64,000 bases of DNA from a virus, in IMG/VR virus record IMGVR_UViG_3300017917_002068, positions 1 to 64,000 of that record. One strand, given 5' to 3'. This document shows, in pieces, positions 7,049-15,567 of this stretch; position 1 is the first letter of the stretch, and each line of letters begins with the position of its first letter. Both the position numbers and the translations under genes were made by a program. Under the pieces are notes generated by a model. It was not told the DNA's origin. It did not search any database and saw only the letters and a list, made by a program, of their open reading frames with translations.

Positions 7049-7224
7049 AAGACGAAAGTCATTTACCAGTAAGCCAGCAGAGTCTCGTGTTCCGGCTGCG
7101 TAAGCGGGCAGAGATCCGTAGGCAGATCAAAGATCGTAAATCGGTACAAGAAGGAGCGCCTGATCGTATCGCAGATCTTTTAGAAGAAGCAGCTGATCGC
7201 ATAGAATCGCTCGAATCAAAATAG
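7045..7224 (+). CDS. 59-aa hypothetical protein (MKDESHLPVSQQ...), not in the ORF track
   Basis: GGAGG RBS; ATGA overlap with the ligase stop; followed by a terminator. Confidence 0.7.
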   Translation: MKDESHLPVSQQSLVFRLRKRAEIRRQIKDRKSVQEGAPDRIADLLEEAADRIESLESK

Positions 7225-7246
7225 GACCTCAGGGTCCTATTTTTTT
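7221..7246 (+). terminator. Intrinsic terminator
   Basis: ATAGGACC-TCAG-GGTCCTAT followed by a T run. Confidence 0.75.
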
Positions 7247-7297
7247 AGGTTTTGTGCCAAATCAATAAATACGCATATAACTAACCGGAGAAGTAAA

Positions 7298-7849
7298 ATG
7301 TTGTTGCGCCTAGGTGACCCAGAGTTTAAGGAAGATTGGCTTAAACTCTTAGAAATGGATCCAGTACATCCATCAATTCCAATCGAAGAACGCACACAAG
7401 GTGGTCGTACTGTGTTCGCTCTTGAAAGCGGAGGAGCTCCTATGGCTCTGATCTGCGCCAAATTGTCCGACCATATGAATCGCAGTATCCAAGAAATCCT
7501 TACTCCGGAACAGCAGAATCTAGTAGCTATGTTTTACACAGTGTTTAGATTGCCAGGTGCTGCTGGAGGTGTTGGTGTTGATATCATCAGAGAAGTTATT
7601 GACTACTGCCGAAACAAAGGTATAGATCAGCTTTACACACTGAGTCCAATTCCCACACTGAGGAAACACTTTTCAGAAATGCCCACTGAGGAACAGGTGC
7701 GAGAATATATAGAATTACGAAAAGATCCTGTGGCCAGGTTCCATTTGGGCAACGGTGCTAGACTTCATTCTGTAAATTTCAACGCTGACCAAAGCGCAAA
7801 CCGTCAAGAAGAAAGTTGGGGCATCATGGTCAATTACAATTATTCGTAA
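7298..7849 (+). CDS. Malonyl-CoA decarboxylase catalytic-domain protein (minimal)
   Basis: Motifs AMFYTV, TLSPIP, DPVARFHLGNGA and GIMVNYxY of the MCD C-terminal domain. Confidence 0.8.
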   Translation: MLLRLGDPEFKEDWLKLLEMDPVHPSIPIEERTQGGRTVFALESGGAPMALICAKLSDHMNRSIQEILTPEQQNLVAMFYTVFRLPGAAGGVGVDIIREVIDYCRNKGIDQLYTLSPIPTLRKHFSEMPTEEQVREYIELRKDPVARFHLGNGARLHSVNFNADQSANRQEESWGIMVNYNYS

Positions 7850-7865
7850 TTGATCCTCCAAAACA

Positions 7866-7896
7866 AGAAAAAGGCCTTAGGGCCTTTTTTCTTTTT
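7866..7896 (+). terminator. Intrinsic terminator (bidirectional-looking)
   Basis: AAAAAGGCC-TTAG-GGCCTTTTTT. Confidence 0.75.
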
Positions 7897-7906
7897 CATA
7901 AACGTT

Positions 7907-7954
7907 ATTGATTTTTCCTATAAGCGTCATTAAAAAATATTAGGTAAAATCTAT
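7907..7954. promoter_or_regulatory. OxyR-type binding site upstream of ahpC
   Basis: ATTG-N7-CTAT-N7-ATTA-N7-TTAG-N7-CTAT, just upstream of TTGATT...TATAAT. Confidence 0.6.
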
Positions 7955-8048
7955 TAAAATTACTTGATTTATAGGATAATTAAATTATATAATAGTTACA
8001 TAGAACACACAGTTCTAAAGTTTTCAACACACACAAAGGAGATTGTAA

Positions 8049-8582
8049 ATGAAAACAGTTGGTCATAAATTAGAAAAATTTGCCGTAACAGGCGTTAATC
8101 CGGGTAAAGATGATTTCTTTACTATCACAGACGAATCTTTCGCAGGTAAGTGGAAGGTGATCGTTTATTATCCAAAGGACTTTACATTCGTATGCCCAAC
8201 AGAAATCGTTGCCTACGATAAGCTGTACAATGATTTCGCGGATCGCGATGCAGTGTTACTAACTGGTTCTACTGATAATGAGTTCTGCAAATTAGCATGG
8301 CAGGCCGCTCACGAAGACCTCAAGAAGATCAAACACATTCAATTCGCTGACACACAACGTAATGAGTTGAGTCTTATCGATCAGCTAGGAGTATTCTACG
8401 CTCCAGCAGGTGCTGCTCTACGTGCCACCTTCATCGTTGATCCAGATAACGTTATTCAACACGTTACTGTGAATAATCTAAACGTTGGTCGCTCACCTGA
8501 AGAAACACTTCGTGTTCTAGATGCGCTACAAACTGGCGAACTATGTGCTTGTAATCGTACAGTCGGCGGAGAGACACTATAA
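8049..8582 (+). CDS. ahpC: Peroxiredoxin AhpC
   Basis: YPKDFTFVCPTE, RATFIVDP, VGRS and resolving LCAC. Confidence 0.95.
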   Translation: MKTVGHKLEKFAVTGVNPGKDDFFTITDESFAGKWKVIVYYPKDFTFVCPTEIVAYDKLYNDFADRDAVLLTGSTDNEFCKLAWQAAHEDLKKIKHIQFADTQRNELSLIDQLGVFYAPAGAALRATFIVDPDNVIQHVTVNNLNVGRSPEETLRVLDALQTGELCACNRTVGGETL

Positions 8583-9088
8583 TGGCATTCATCGACGCTA
8601 TCAAAGAAGCGTTGCCAGACTACGCCAAGGACACCAAGTTAAATCTTGATGCTGTTCTTGTGCGTAGTACATTAGATGCAGATGTGGCCATGGGTTGTGC
8701 TGTGGCAGCACTTGCCGCAACTGGCAACGGTAAAGTGTTGGCTGTAATGTTAGCTGACAATCCTGTACATGCAGAGTCGGCGATGACGGCTGCAAGTATC
8801 ATGGCACAGAACAACGTATGGTATCCATATGTTGAGATGGCTGACGATGAAAATCTAAAAGGCTTGCCGGCACAGCTACGCATGAATGCTATCATGAATC
8901 ATGGCGGAACTACCAAGGCAAACTTTGAAGCATTTAGTTTGGCTGCTAGCATTGTTGGCAAGTGCCATTTCTGTGTCAAGGCACACTACGACACACTTAA
9001 GAAGGAAGGCTACACAGTAGAACAACTTCGTGACATTGGCCGTATTGCCGCAGTGATGAACAGTGTTGCTAAAGTTTTAAACAGTTAA
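8582..9088 (+). CDS. ahpD: Alkyl hydroperoxide reductase AhpD
   Basis: LPDYAKDTKLNL, MAQNNVWY and CHFCVKAH; coupled to ahpC. Confidence 0.92.
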   Translation: MAFIDAIKEALPDYAKDTKLNLDAVLVRSTLDADVAMGCAVAALAATGNGKVLAVMLADNPVHAESAMTAASIMAQNNVWYPYVEMADDENLKGLPAQLRMNAIMNHGGTTKANFEAFSLAASIVGKCHFCVKAHYDTLKKEGYTVEQLRDIGRIAAVMNSVAKVLNS

Positions 9089-9097
9089 TTAAATCGT

Positions 9098-9124
9098 AAA
9101 GCCCACTTCGGTGGGCTTTCTTTT
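9098..9124 (+). terminator. Intrinsic terminator whose T-tract runs into the next promoter (TTGACT 9123, TATAAT 9146)
   Basis: AAAGCCCAC-TTCG-GTGGGCTTT-CTTTT. Confidence 0.85.
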
Positions 9125-9172
9125 GACTAAAAAATCTATCAGTGTTATAATTAATTCCTTTAGGGAGAGTTT

Positions 9173-9586
9173 ATGTTAGAATGTTTAATTATTGGCGATA
9201 GTATTGCTGTTGGTACAGCAATGGCTCGCCCAGAATGCACCAGTTATTCTCGAGGTGGATGGAATAGTTGGCAATGGAACAAAGATTATCTTGACAAGGC
9301 GTCAGGTCGTCCTGCCAAAACTGTTATCATTAGTTTGGGTGCTAACGATCATAAAGGCGTTAAAACTGAAGCAGAGCTTCGCAAGATGCGCGAATCTATC
9401 AAAGGAGATCGTGTATTTTGGATCAGTCCAGGTTTCGAAAGAAAACCAATCCCACAACAGGCTATCGAAAAGATCGCCAAAGAGTACGGCGATGTAATAT
9501 TGCCAAGACCCGAAGCACATATGAGCAAAGACGGTGTCCATCCTACTGGAAAAGGATATAGAGTCTTGGCCGATCAAACTCGTTAA
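9173..9586 (+). CDS. SGNH/GDSL hydrolase
   Basis: GDSI, LGAND and DGVHP motifs. Confidence 0.85.
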   Translation: MLECLIIGDSIAVGTAMARPECTSYSRGGWNSWQWNKDYLDKASGRPAKTVIISLGANDHKGVKTEAELRKMRESIKGDRVFWISPGFERKPIPQQAIEKIAKEYGDVILPRPEAHMSKDGVHPTGKGYRVLADQTR

Positions 9587-9636
9587 TTTAATCAATTATT
9601 CTTGCTTTTGCACGTTATAGGTTATATAATAGTAAT

Positions 9637-9746
9637 GTGGTCGTGAGCAAACTGGGAAAGCTCCCGCCGTGCCCATAGCACGGAATGGGGACGGGGCGTA
9701 GGCATAGCCGTAGCCTTTGCAGGTTCGGATCCTGCCGACCACACCA
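9637..9746 (+). ncRNA. tRNA-like RNA with an enlarged, non-canonical anticodon arm and a long variable arm
   Basis: Perfect acceptor GTGGTCG/CGACCAC-ACCA; T arm GCAGG-TTCGGAT-CCTGC; own promoter TTGCTT(9602)-17-TATAAT(9625). Confidence 0.8.
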
Positions 9747-9789
9747 ATTACTTTTATAAGTAACTGACAATTATTAAAAGGAAAATGTT

Positions 9790-9990
9790 ATGTCAAATAC
9801 AGTAGAACAAATTAAACAGCACTTTGATGCTTTTCTAGCAGAAGATGGTAAATTTACTTCAGGCAATTCTGCTGCCGGCACTAGAGCCCGTAAGGCACTT
9901 GCTGAATTAGCCAAAGCTGTTAAAGTTCGTAGAAATGAAATCACAGCGGAAAAGAATGCCCGCAAAGAAGCCAAAGCAGCAGGCAAGTAA
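9790..9990 (+). CDS. Small basic histone-H1-like (Hc1-type) protein
   Basis: GNSAAGTRARKAL.EL.K..K..R motif; RBS AAGGA. Confidence 0.65.
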   Translation: MSNTVEQIKQHFDAFLAEDGKFTSGNSAAGTRARKALAELAKAVKVRRNEITAEKNARKEAKAAGK

Positions 9991-9991
9991 T

Positions 9992-10441
9992 ATGGATAAG
10001 TTGTCTGCCGATCCGTTAGGTCCTATAACGATCGATCTAGGCGACATCGGTGCCAGTGGCTCTACATATATCAGTGGGGGCTACGGCGCCGATACTATTA
10101 CTATAGATCCGTCCTGGACTACTGGTAGTGTTACTGCTCCTTCTACTCTAACGTGGAGTCAAGACTACTCTATCACCAGTAACGGATACGGATATAATAG
10201 TCCTTCGGTTGTTATTGACAACAACGGTCTTGATGTCAAAGAAGGTGGAGACATTAAGATAGGAGGGAAGAGCCTATCCGAAGCCATTGAAAAGATCGAA
10301 GAACGATTAGGCATACTAAAACCAAATCCCGAACTAGAAGATCGATGGGAACAACTAAAATCATTGCGTAAGCAATATATGGACTTAGAAAAAGATCTTT
10401 TAGAAAAAGAAAAAATCATGGAAATTCTTAAAAAAGAATAG
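9992..10441 (+). CDS. Hypothetical protein
   Basis: ATG right after the upstream stop; C-terminal coiled coil. Confidence 0.75.
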   Translation: MDKLSADPLGPITIDLGDIGASGSTYISGGYGADTITIDPSWTTGSVTAPSTLTWSQDYSITSNGYGYNSPSVVIDNNGLDVKEGGDIKIGGKSLSEAIEKIEERLGILKPNPELEDRWEQLKSLRKQYMDLEKDLLEKEKIMEILKKE

Positions 10442-10442
10442 T

Positions 10443-10826
10443 ATGGATGAAGAAGTAAAACAGTTCTGCGAAAACTACGAAGTCCGTGTCCTAAACGATA
10501 CTAAGCGTAGAGCACGGTACCATCCTCCTAGATTCTTTACAGATCCCGAACGTGCTGATATTATTCGCAATGACATCGTAGAATACGAACACGAGCGAGT
10601 GATCACTATGGAGATTCCCGAAGGTCGTCTTCGAGCTTTGGTAGAATTAGAAAAGCGGTTTTATAAATGGCAAAGACATACCAAAACTGAAATCGATATG
10701 TTTGAAACACTGATGAATAAAGAAAGAGAAGAGGCCTTTCATCGCAATACCAATCCGGCTGTGCAAAAAGCCTATGAACAATATTCAATCATGCTTAACC
10801 TAGCAGGCTATCAAAGAAAGTTTTAA
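10443..10826 (+). CDS. Hypothetical protein
   Basis: Tightly packed ORF. Confidence 0.8.
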   Translation: MDEEVKQFCENYEVRVLNDTKRRARYHPPRFFTDPERADIIRNDIVEYEHERVITMEIPEGRLRALVELEKRFYKWQRHTKTEIDMFETLMNKEREEAFHRNTNPAVQKAYEQYSIMLNLAGYQRKF

Positions 10827-10827
10827 A

Positions 10828-11664
10828 ATGCGCGACTACTGGACCTGTTCAAAATTTGCCGACTGGCTTCGTGGAACTATGAAACCACGTTCTGCCACAG
10901 GCAAAGGATGGAACACTTGGAAAAAAGAAGCTGAAGCAGCACATCCATTCCGTTTTTGGTTAGCCGAAGAAGGACTAGATAAGCTACAAGATATCTGGTG
11001 CTATATACCAGAAAGGATCAATGATGTTCGATATTACATTAACAACCGCTGGGTTAGTCATACTCATGCTCTTACCGCTCATCCCCGCGACATACCGCGT
11101 GGCGAGTGGAGAGACGTGGGGAACCGCTTTCTGCCTTGCCTATTCAATGAGTTGGTTGATTTTGTTGAGATAGAACAGGCGTGGCATCATGTCATGTGGG
11201 ATGAAACAGCACGTAAGCGTTTTGAAACACCGTGGTGGCAACAGCATTGGATGTTTCGGTGGGGTAATAAATGGCGCTGCCCCGATGCCGGTATCGAATA
11301 TTTGATTTGGGCCAGCGGACTTAAAATAGATGAAAGCATGGGTGTAAGCAAAGGCGAAGAAGGATTCGGAGAACCTACTCATCAAGCCAAAGCTGCCCGA
11401 GAAATTCTCGAACTATATCGTTGGTGGAGAGAAGTTTATCCAAATCGCCCTGATCCCCACGATGCAGGTGGTTGGTCAGAGTACTGCGATATGAAACGTA
11501 AAGACGGAAGAGATTTTCTAGACTTTGAAGATAGGAACGAAGAAGAGCGAGAAATGAGTCGTGTTGCCTTAAGCAAGACGCAAGAAATCGAAGAAGCTTA
11601 CGAAAAAGAAGATGAAGAAATGATGATTCGTCTAATTAAAATCCGTCAATCATTATGGACCTAA
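10828..11664 (+). CDS. Trp-rich hypothetical protein
   Basis: 278-aa ORF in the operon. Confidence 0.85.
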   Translation: MRDYWTCSKFADWLRGTMKPRSATGKGWNTWKKEAEAAHPFRFWLAEEGLDKLQDIWCYIPERINDVRYYINNRWVSHTHALTAHPRDIPRGEWRDVGNRFLPCLFNELVDFVEIEQAWHHVMWDETARKRFETPWWQQHWMFRWGNKWRCPDAGIEYLIWASGLKIDESMGVSKGEEGFGEPTHQAKAAREILELYRWWREVYPNRPDPHDAGGWSEYCDMKRKDGRDFLDFEDRNEEEREMSRVALSKTQEIEEAYEKEDEEMMIRLIKIRQSLWT

Positions 11665-11822
11665 ATGGAAAATATCACCACTGCGGTAGTGAAAAGCAGT
11701 ACAATCAACAATACGATTCAATTTATTGCGAGCTCTGTAACGAATGGTTAGAAAGGACCTGCGATGACCCAAAATGTGAATTCTGCTCTCAGCGACCAGA
11801 AAAACCAAGTCAGTGTATTTAG
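11655..11822 (+). CDS. 55-aa Cys-rich putative zinc-binding protein, not in the ORF track
   Basis: MDLNGKYHHCGSEKQYNQQYDSIYCELCNEWLERTCDDPKCEFCSQRPEKPSQCI; fills the gap between neighbours. Confidence 0.65.
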   Translation: MDLNGKYHHCGSEKQYNQQYDSIYCELCNEWLERTCDDPKCEFCSQRPEKPSQCI

Positions 11823-11979
11823 GATTTGGGTTAATAATATCTGGATTCAAAACTGTGAAGAACACTTGACATACGGAGAAAATCCCTATATACTAAAAGA
11901 TTATTGGGCCAAGTTTAAATGGTTTCTTAAGAAAAAATATAAAGAACAAAGGAAAATCGATGTCTCAAAAACACGATGA
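11764..11979 (+). CDS. Hypothetical protein (true start possibly downstream)
   Basis: ORF track. Confidence 0.55.
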   Translation: MTQNVNSALSDQKNQVSVFRIWVNNIWIQNCEEHLTYGENPYILKDYWAKFKWFLKKKYKEQRKIDVSKTR

Positions 11980-12178
11980 GCTATATAAAAAATATATGTC
12001 TTTTAATGAAATCATGTTGGAAGAATATACACCAATGGAAGTAGCTGCTATTATGACAGCACAGGCTCTAAGTTTATATAAAACAGTATTGTCGGAAGAA
12101 GAATATCATAAAATGATTGATTTTATCTACGACCGAAAAGACGATGTACAAATATTTCAAGGACCTAATATACAATGA
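11960..12178 (+). CDS. Hypothetical protein
   Basis: ORF track; RBS AAGGA. Confidence 0.7.
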   Translation: MSQKHDELYKKYMSFNEIMLEEYTPMEVAAIMTAQALSLYKTVLSEEEYHKMIDFIYDRKDDVQIFQGPNIQ

Positions 12179-12648
12179 AAGCAGAAACTCCAGCAGAAGG
12201 TATTATGAAAACCGGCGAATACGGTGACTCAAAGTTTTACAAAGTAGTCTGTGGTTGCGGTCAGCCCGATCACGATCTTGATTTTGAAGTATCTGCTGAA
12301 GAAACCGGCATCAATGTTAATACCTATGTTACTGCCAAAACTGATTATTGGACTGAAGCGGTTAAGAAACGCTACGATATCGATAATCCTTATTGGCAAG
12401 AGTTGGACTGGACTGTAAAAGATATCATTAATGGATTCATTACTAGGTTAAAACTCACTTGGTGTATTTGGATTAAGGGTTATATCAAAACTGAAACTAC
12501 TATCGCTATGAGCGAGCAGCAGGCACTTAACTATGCAGATACTTTAAAAGCTGCTATCAAAGATGTTAAAGATTTCAAAAAGACTGAAAAGGTTTCTAAA
12601 GAAAATAAATTAGTTTCTAAAATGGCGGAGCAGGGAGATTGTGTCTAG
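12175..12648 (+). CDS. Hypothetical protein (CGC..H motif)
   Basis: ATGA overlap with the upstream gene. Confidence 0.8.
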   Translation: MKAETPAEGIMKTGEYGDSKFYKVVCGCGQPDHDLDFEVSAEETGINVNTYVTAKTDYWTEAVKKRYDIDNPYWQELDWTVKDIINGFITRLKLTWCIWIKGYIKTETTIAMSEQQALNYADTLKAAIKDVKDFKKTEKVSKENKLVSKMAEQGDCV

Positions 12649-13531
12649 CCTCTGTCCTATCGTTGTTGTAAGCTGTCTTAGAGACATTAAACTTCTAGCA
12701 TTACAAGCCCAAAGTATTCATGTATGGTTAGACAAACCACATGATATCTATATTTTAGTAAATGAGATTCGATTTGTTGAAGAATGGCAACGAGAATTTG
12801 ATTTACATTGCCGATCGTGGTATCAAAAACATAATTTAAAAATAATCTATAAAACAGAGTTTGATTGCTTCTGGAGTAAAAATTCTAGTCTGCACTGGGC
12901 CGGATGGGACGATCAGCAGATACTAAAATTAGCGATCGCTACTAAATTAAATTCTGATAGATATTTTGTTTTAGATTCTCAAAATTTTCTAATAAATTCC
13001 TGGAGTACTGATAATTATCCAATCATAGACAGCCGTTGCCCGGGAAGAAAAAATCTATATAGTATGAACAAGAATACCTGGGAAGAATATTCTCGAGAGT
13101 TTGGTCTCGATATTTCTATTCCTAATACCCCCGTGATGACTATTTCGACTCCCATCTATCTTAGATCCGACAATATTTTATCTTTAATTCAAAATTGGGT
13201 TGATCTCAAAAGATTCACTCAATGGTTTACCGGAACTTCTTCGAGTTTAAGTGAATTTGTTTTATATTACCTTTGGTTAGAAAAATGTGGAGGGTACGAT
13301 ACATTCCATTATGATGTTGGTTTTAATAACACATGGAACGGACCTATGATGAGATTAAAGGAAAACAATACTGTTGCCGAAAGATCTTTTTCTTTCTTTT
13401 TATCACAATTTGGAAAAAGAAAAAATGAAGCATGGGTGAGCATTACTCATAAGTCATGGAGTTTATTTTCGTCAAACGAACTAAAAGATTTGTCAAATCT
13501 GCTGAAAACTCGCAATCTTGTTCTAGAATGA
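12641..13531 (+). CDS. Putative GT-A-like glycosyltransferase-related protein (DUF6492-like)
   Basis: GWxxQQILKL, FVLDS and SEFVLY motifs; more AT-rich than its neighbours. Confidence 0.5.
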   Translation: MSSLCPIVVVSCLRDIKLLALQAQSIHVWLDKPHDIYILVNEIRFVEEWQREFDLHCRSWYQKHNLKIIYKTEFDCFWSKNSSLHWAGWDDQQILKLAIATKLNSDRYFVLDSQNFLINSWSTDNYPIIDSRCPGRKNLYSMNKNTWEEYSREFGLDISIPNTPVMTISTPIYLRSDNILSLIQNWVDLKRFTQWFTGTSSSLSEFVLYYLWLEKCGGYDTFHYDVGFNNTWNGPMMRLKENNTVAERSFSFFLSQFGKRKNEAWVSITHKSWSLFSSNELKDLSNLLKTRNLVLE

Positions 13532-13546
13532 ATATATAATAGCAGC

Positions 13547-14110
13547 ATGAAAAAAGTTTCTTCAAGCCCCGACAGGCATACCTTTCAACAAAAAGCATAC
13601 ATAGACAAAATGAAAAAAGCAGATGATCGAGACAAGATAGACGATCTTCAAGCTATGATTGACTTGTATGATCAGTTCAAAATTGATGCCGAACGACGAA
13701 TACACGATCCCCAGTGGCAAAAGAATAACATGGAATACGATATGCGTATCTGCGATTGGATTTTGAAAAAAGTTCGCGAATCAGATACCTATGCTCAAAA
13801 TTTATATGCAGCAATGTGTAATAACGATTTCCAAAAACTAGATGTACTTCCTATACTCAAAGACGAGACTTGGGGTGCGTCATGGCGTTCAGCTGGCGGA
13901 ATTATCGCTGATATGCGCCAAGAAGGAGATTACATCGATTGGTACTGTTCGGGTATCCGAGGTGGGCCGCTGGGTGGTGCTAGCGATGAAAACGATTGGG
14001 ATAAAAAGAGATATGTACCCGAAGGATATATTACCGACGAGATCCGGAATGATCTCCAAAGTCTTGGCTGGGCAGTGGTGCCTGGGGGAGATTGGGAAAA
14101 GTTTGTTTAA
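13547..14110 (+). CDS. Hypothetical protein
   Basis: 187-aa ORF with motifs YAQNLYAAMCNN and YIDWYCSG. Confidence 0.85.
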   Translation: MKKVSSSPDRHTFQQKAYIDKMKKADDRDKIDDLQAMIDLYDQFKIDAERRIHDPQWQKNNMEYDMRICDWILKKVRESDTYAQNLYAAMCNNDFQKLDVLPILKDETWGASWRSAGGIIADMRQEGDYIDWYCSGIRGGPLGGASDENDWDKKRYVPEGYITDEIRNDLQSLGWAVVPGGDWEKFV

Positions 14111-14133
14111 TCTAAAGGAGAATATTTTCTAAA

Positions 14134-14325
14134 ATGAGCTGGGAACTTTATGAAGTTTGGTCAGAAGACGATGACGGTCACGAAGAGTTAGTAGATACTA
14201 CTCGAAGTCTTAAAGAAGCTAAATCACTAGCCCAAAAGACTATAAACGAAGGTGCTGTGGCAGTTTGGATCAATCAAGAAACGGGCGATGGCGATTTTAG
14301 AGAAATTGATAGATTGACAGCTTGA
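14134..14325 (+). CDS. Small acidic hypothetical protein
   Basis: ORF track; AAGGAG upstream. Confidence 0.7.
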   Translation: MSWELYEVWSEDDDGHEELVDTTRSLKEAKSLAQKTINEGAVAVWINQETGDGDFREIDRLTA

Positions 14326-14342
14326 TCTATTGGTGCTATAAT
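14314..14342 (+). promoter_or_regulatory. Sigma70-type promoter
   Basis: TTGACA-17-TATAAT with an extended TG. Confidence 0.8.
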
Positions 14343-14373
14343 AACTATATTAATTAACAAATAGGAGCATTAA

Positions 14374-15567
14374 ATGGCTAAGGTAGCGACCAAAAAAACT
14401 CGTGTCACTGCAAAACAAATCGCAGAACATCGTACTAAATCGACCCGAGATTTGAGTCCGAAATGGGATGGTCACGAAACTTGGGATGCCGATCAATTTA
14501 GTCGATTCTTCCGCCGTTCAATGGACTATTATCGTTTAGAATTTAGCGGCAAAGATCTTAAACCTAAAGTCATCAATTGGATGAGTGCTAACGGTTATAC
14601 CAAAGATCAAATCAAATCATTCAAAGATACCAAAGACAATCGTTGTAATCTAACCACCGGTGCTATTGCTGCTAACCTACTGCGTGGTATGCCAGCGGTT
14701 CGCGCAGACTTTAACGAAGGCCGTAATACCGCACAGTGGTTGGGATCTCAAATTGCCAAAATCATTGAAGAAGGTAAGAATGATGAACAAGTCGATGACG
14801 ATGCTGTCGATACCAAGCCGCTCGTTCCTCAAATTTCAATCCAGGATCGTGTTCGTGAAGCTACTTATCCGATGACCGAAGAGATTGAAGATGCACTAGA
14901 ATCATTTTCACAAGATGCAGAATCTTTTGATCCTAAAGCATTTAAATTATTGAATCTTCTTAGAGGCAAACAGGCTAAAGCCGCTCATGCTCGAATCATC
15001 AAAGATTTTTACAAGCGTCAGCATGATGAATATCTAGAACTACAAGAAGGCAAATGCGAACAGCTTAAAGAAGCTTATAGTCATTTGACAAAAGCACAGG
15101 TTAAAAAAATCGTAGCGTTCTATCACGAGATTCTCTCAGCCTGTGACATGCTGATGCAAGAAGCTAAAGTAAATCGTAAGCCACGTGCTAAGAAATCTAA
15201 ACCTGCAGAAAAAATCGTCGAGAAGTTGAAATATCTTAAACAAGACGACAAGCTCAAACTGGTTTCTATTAATCCTACTGACATCATCGGAGCCAAAGAA
15301 CTCTGGGTGTTTAACATCAAGACACGGAAACTAGGAAAGTATGTAACGGTTGAGTATCAAGAACTTGGAGTCAAAGGTACTTCTATCACAGGATTTAATG
15401 AAAATGCTTCAGTGCAAAAGACTTTGCGCAAACCAGAAGAACAGTTGAAAGAATTCAAAGCTGCGGGTAAGGTACAGCTACGCAAGTTCCTAGAGGATAT
15501 CAAAGCTGTAGATATCAAACTCAACGGACGTATCAACGAAGATACTATTCTACTTAAAGTAGCTTAA
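14374..15567 (+). CDS. Hypothetical protein (basic, 397 aa)
   Basis: AGGAG RBS and its own promoter; function not recognised. Confidence 0.9.
   Translation: MAKVATKKTRVTAKQIAEHRTKSTRDLSPKWDGHETWDADQFSRFFRRSMDYYRLEFSGKDLKPKVINWMSANGYTKDQIKSFKDTKDNRCNLTTGAIAANLLRGMPAVRADFNEGRNTAQWLGSQIAKIIEEGKNDEQVDDDAVDTKPLVPQISIQDRVREATYPMTEEIEDALESFSQDAESFDPKAFKLLNLLRGKQAKAAHARIIKDFYKRQHDEYLELQEGKCEQLKEAYSHLTKAQVKKIVAFYHEILSACDMLMQEAKVNRKPRAKKSKPAEKIVEKLKYLKQDDKLKLVSINPTDIIGAKELWVFNIKTRKLGKYVTVEYQELGVKGTSITGFNENASVQKTLRKPEEQLKEFKAAGKVQLRKFLEDIKAVDIKLNGRINEDTILLKVA

Noticed and set aside
9667-9689. H-type pseudoknot in the tRNA-like RNA
   Set aside because: Connecting loops of 0-1 nt make simultaneous pairing implausible; treated as alternative folds.
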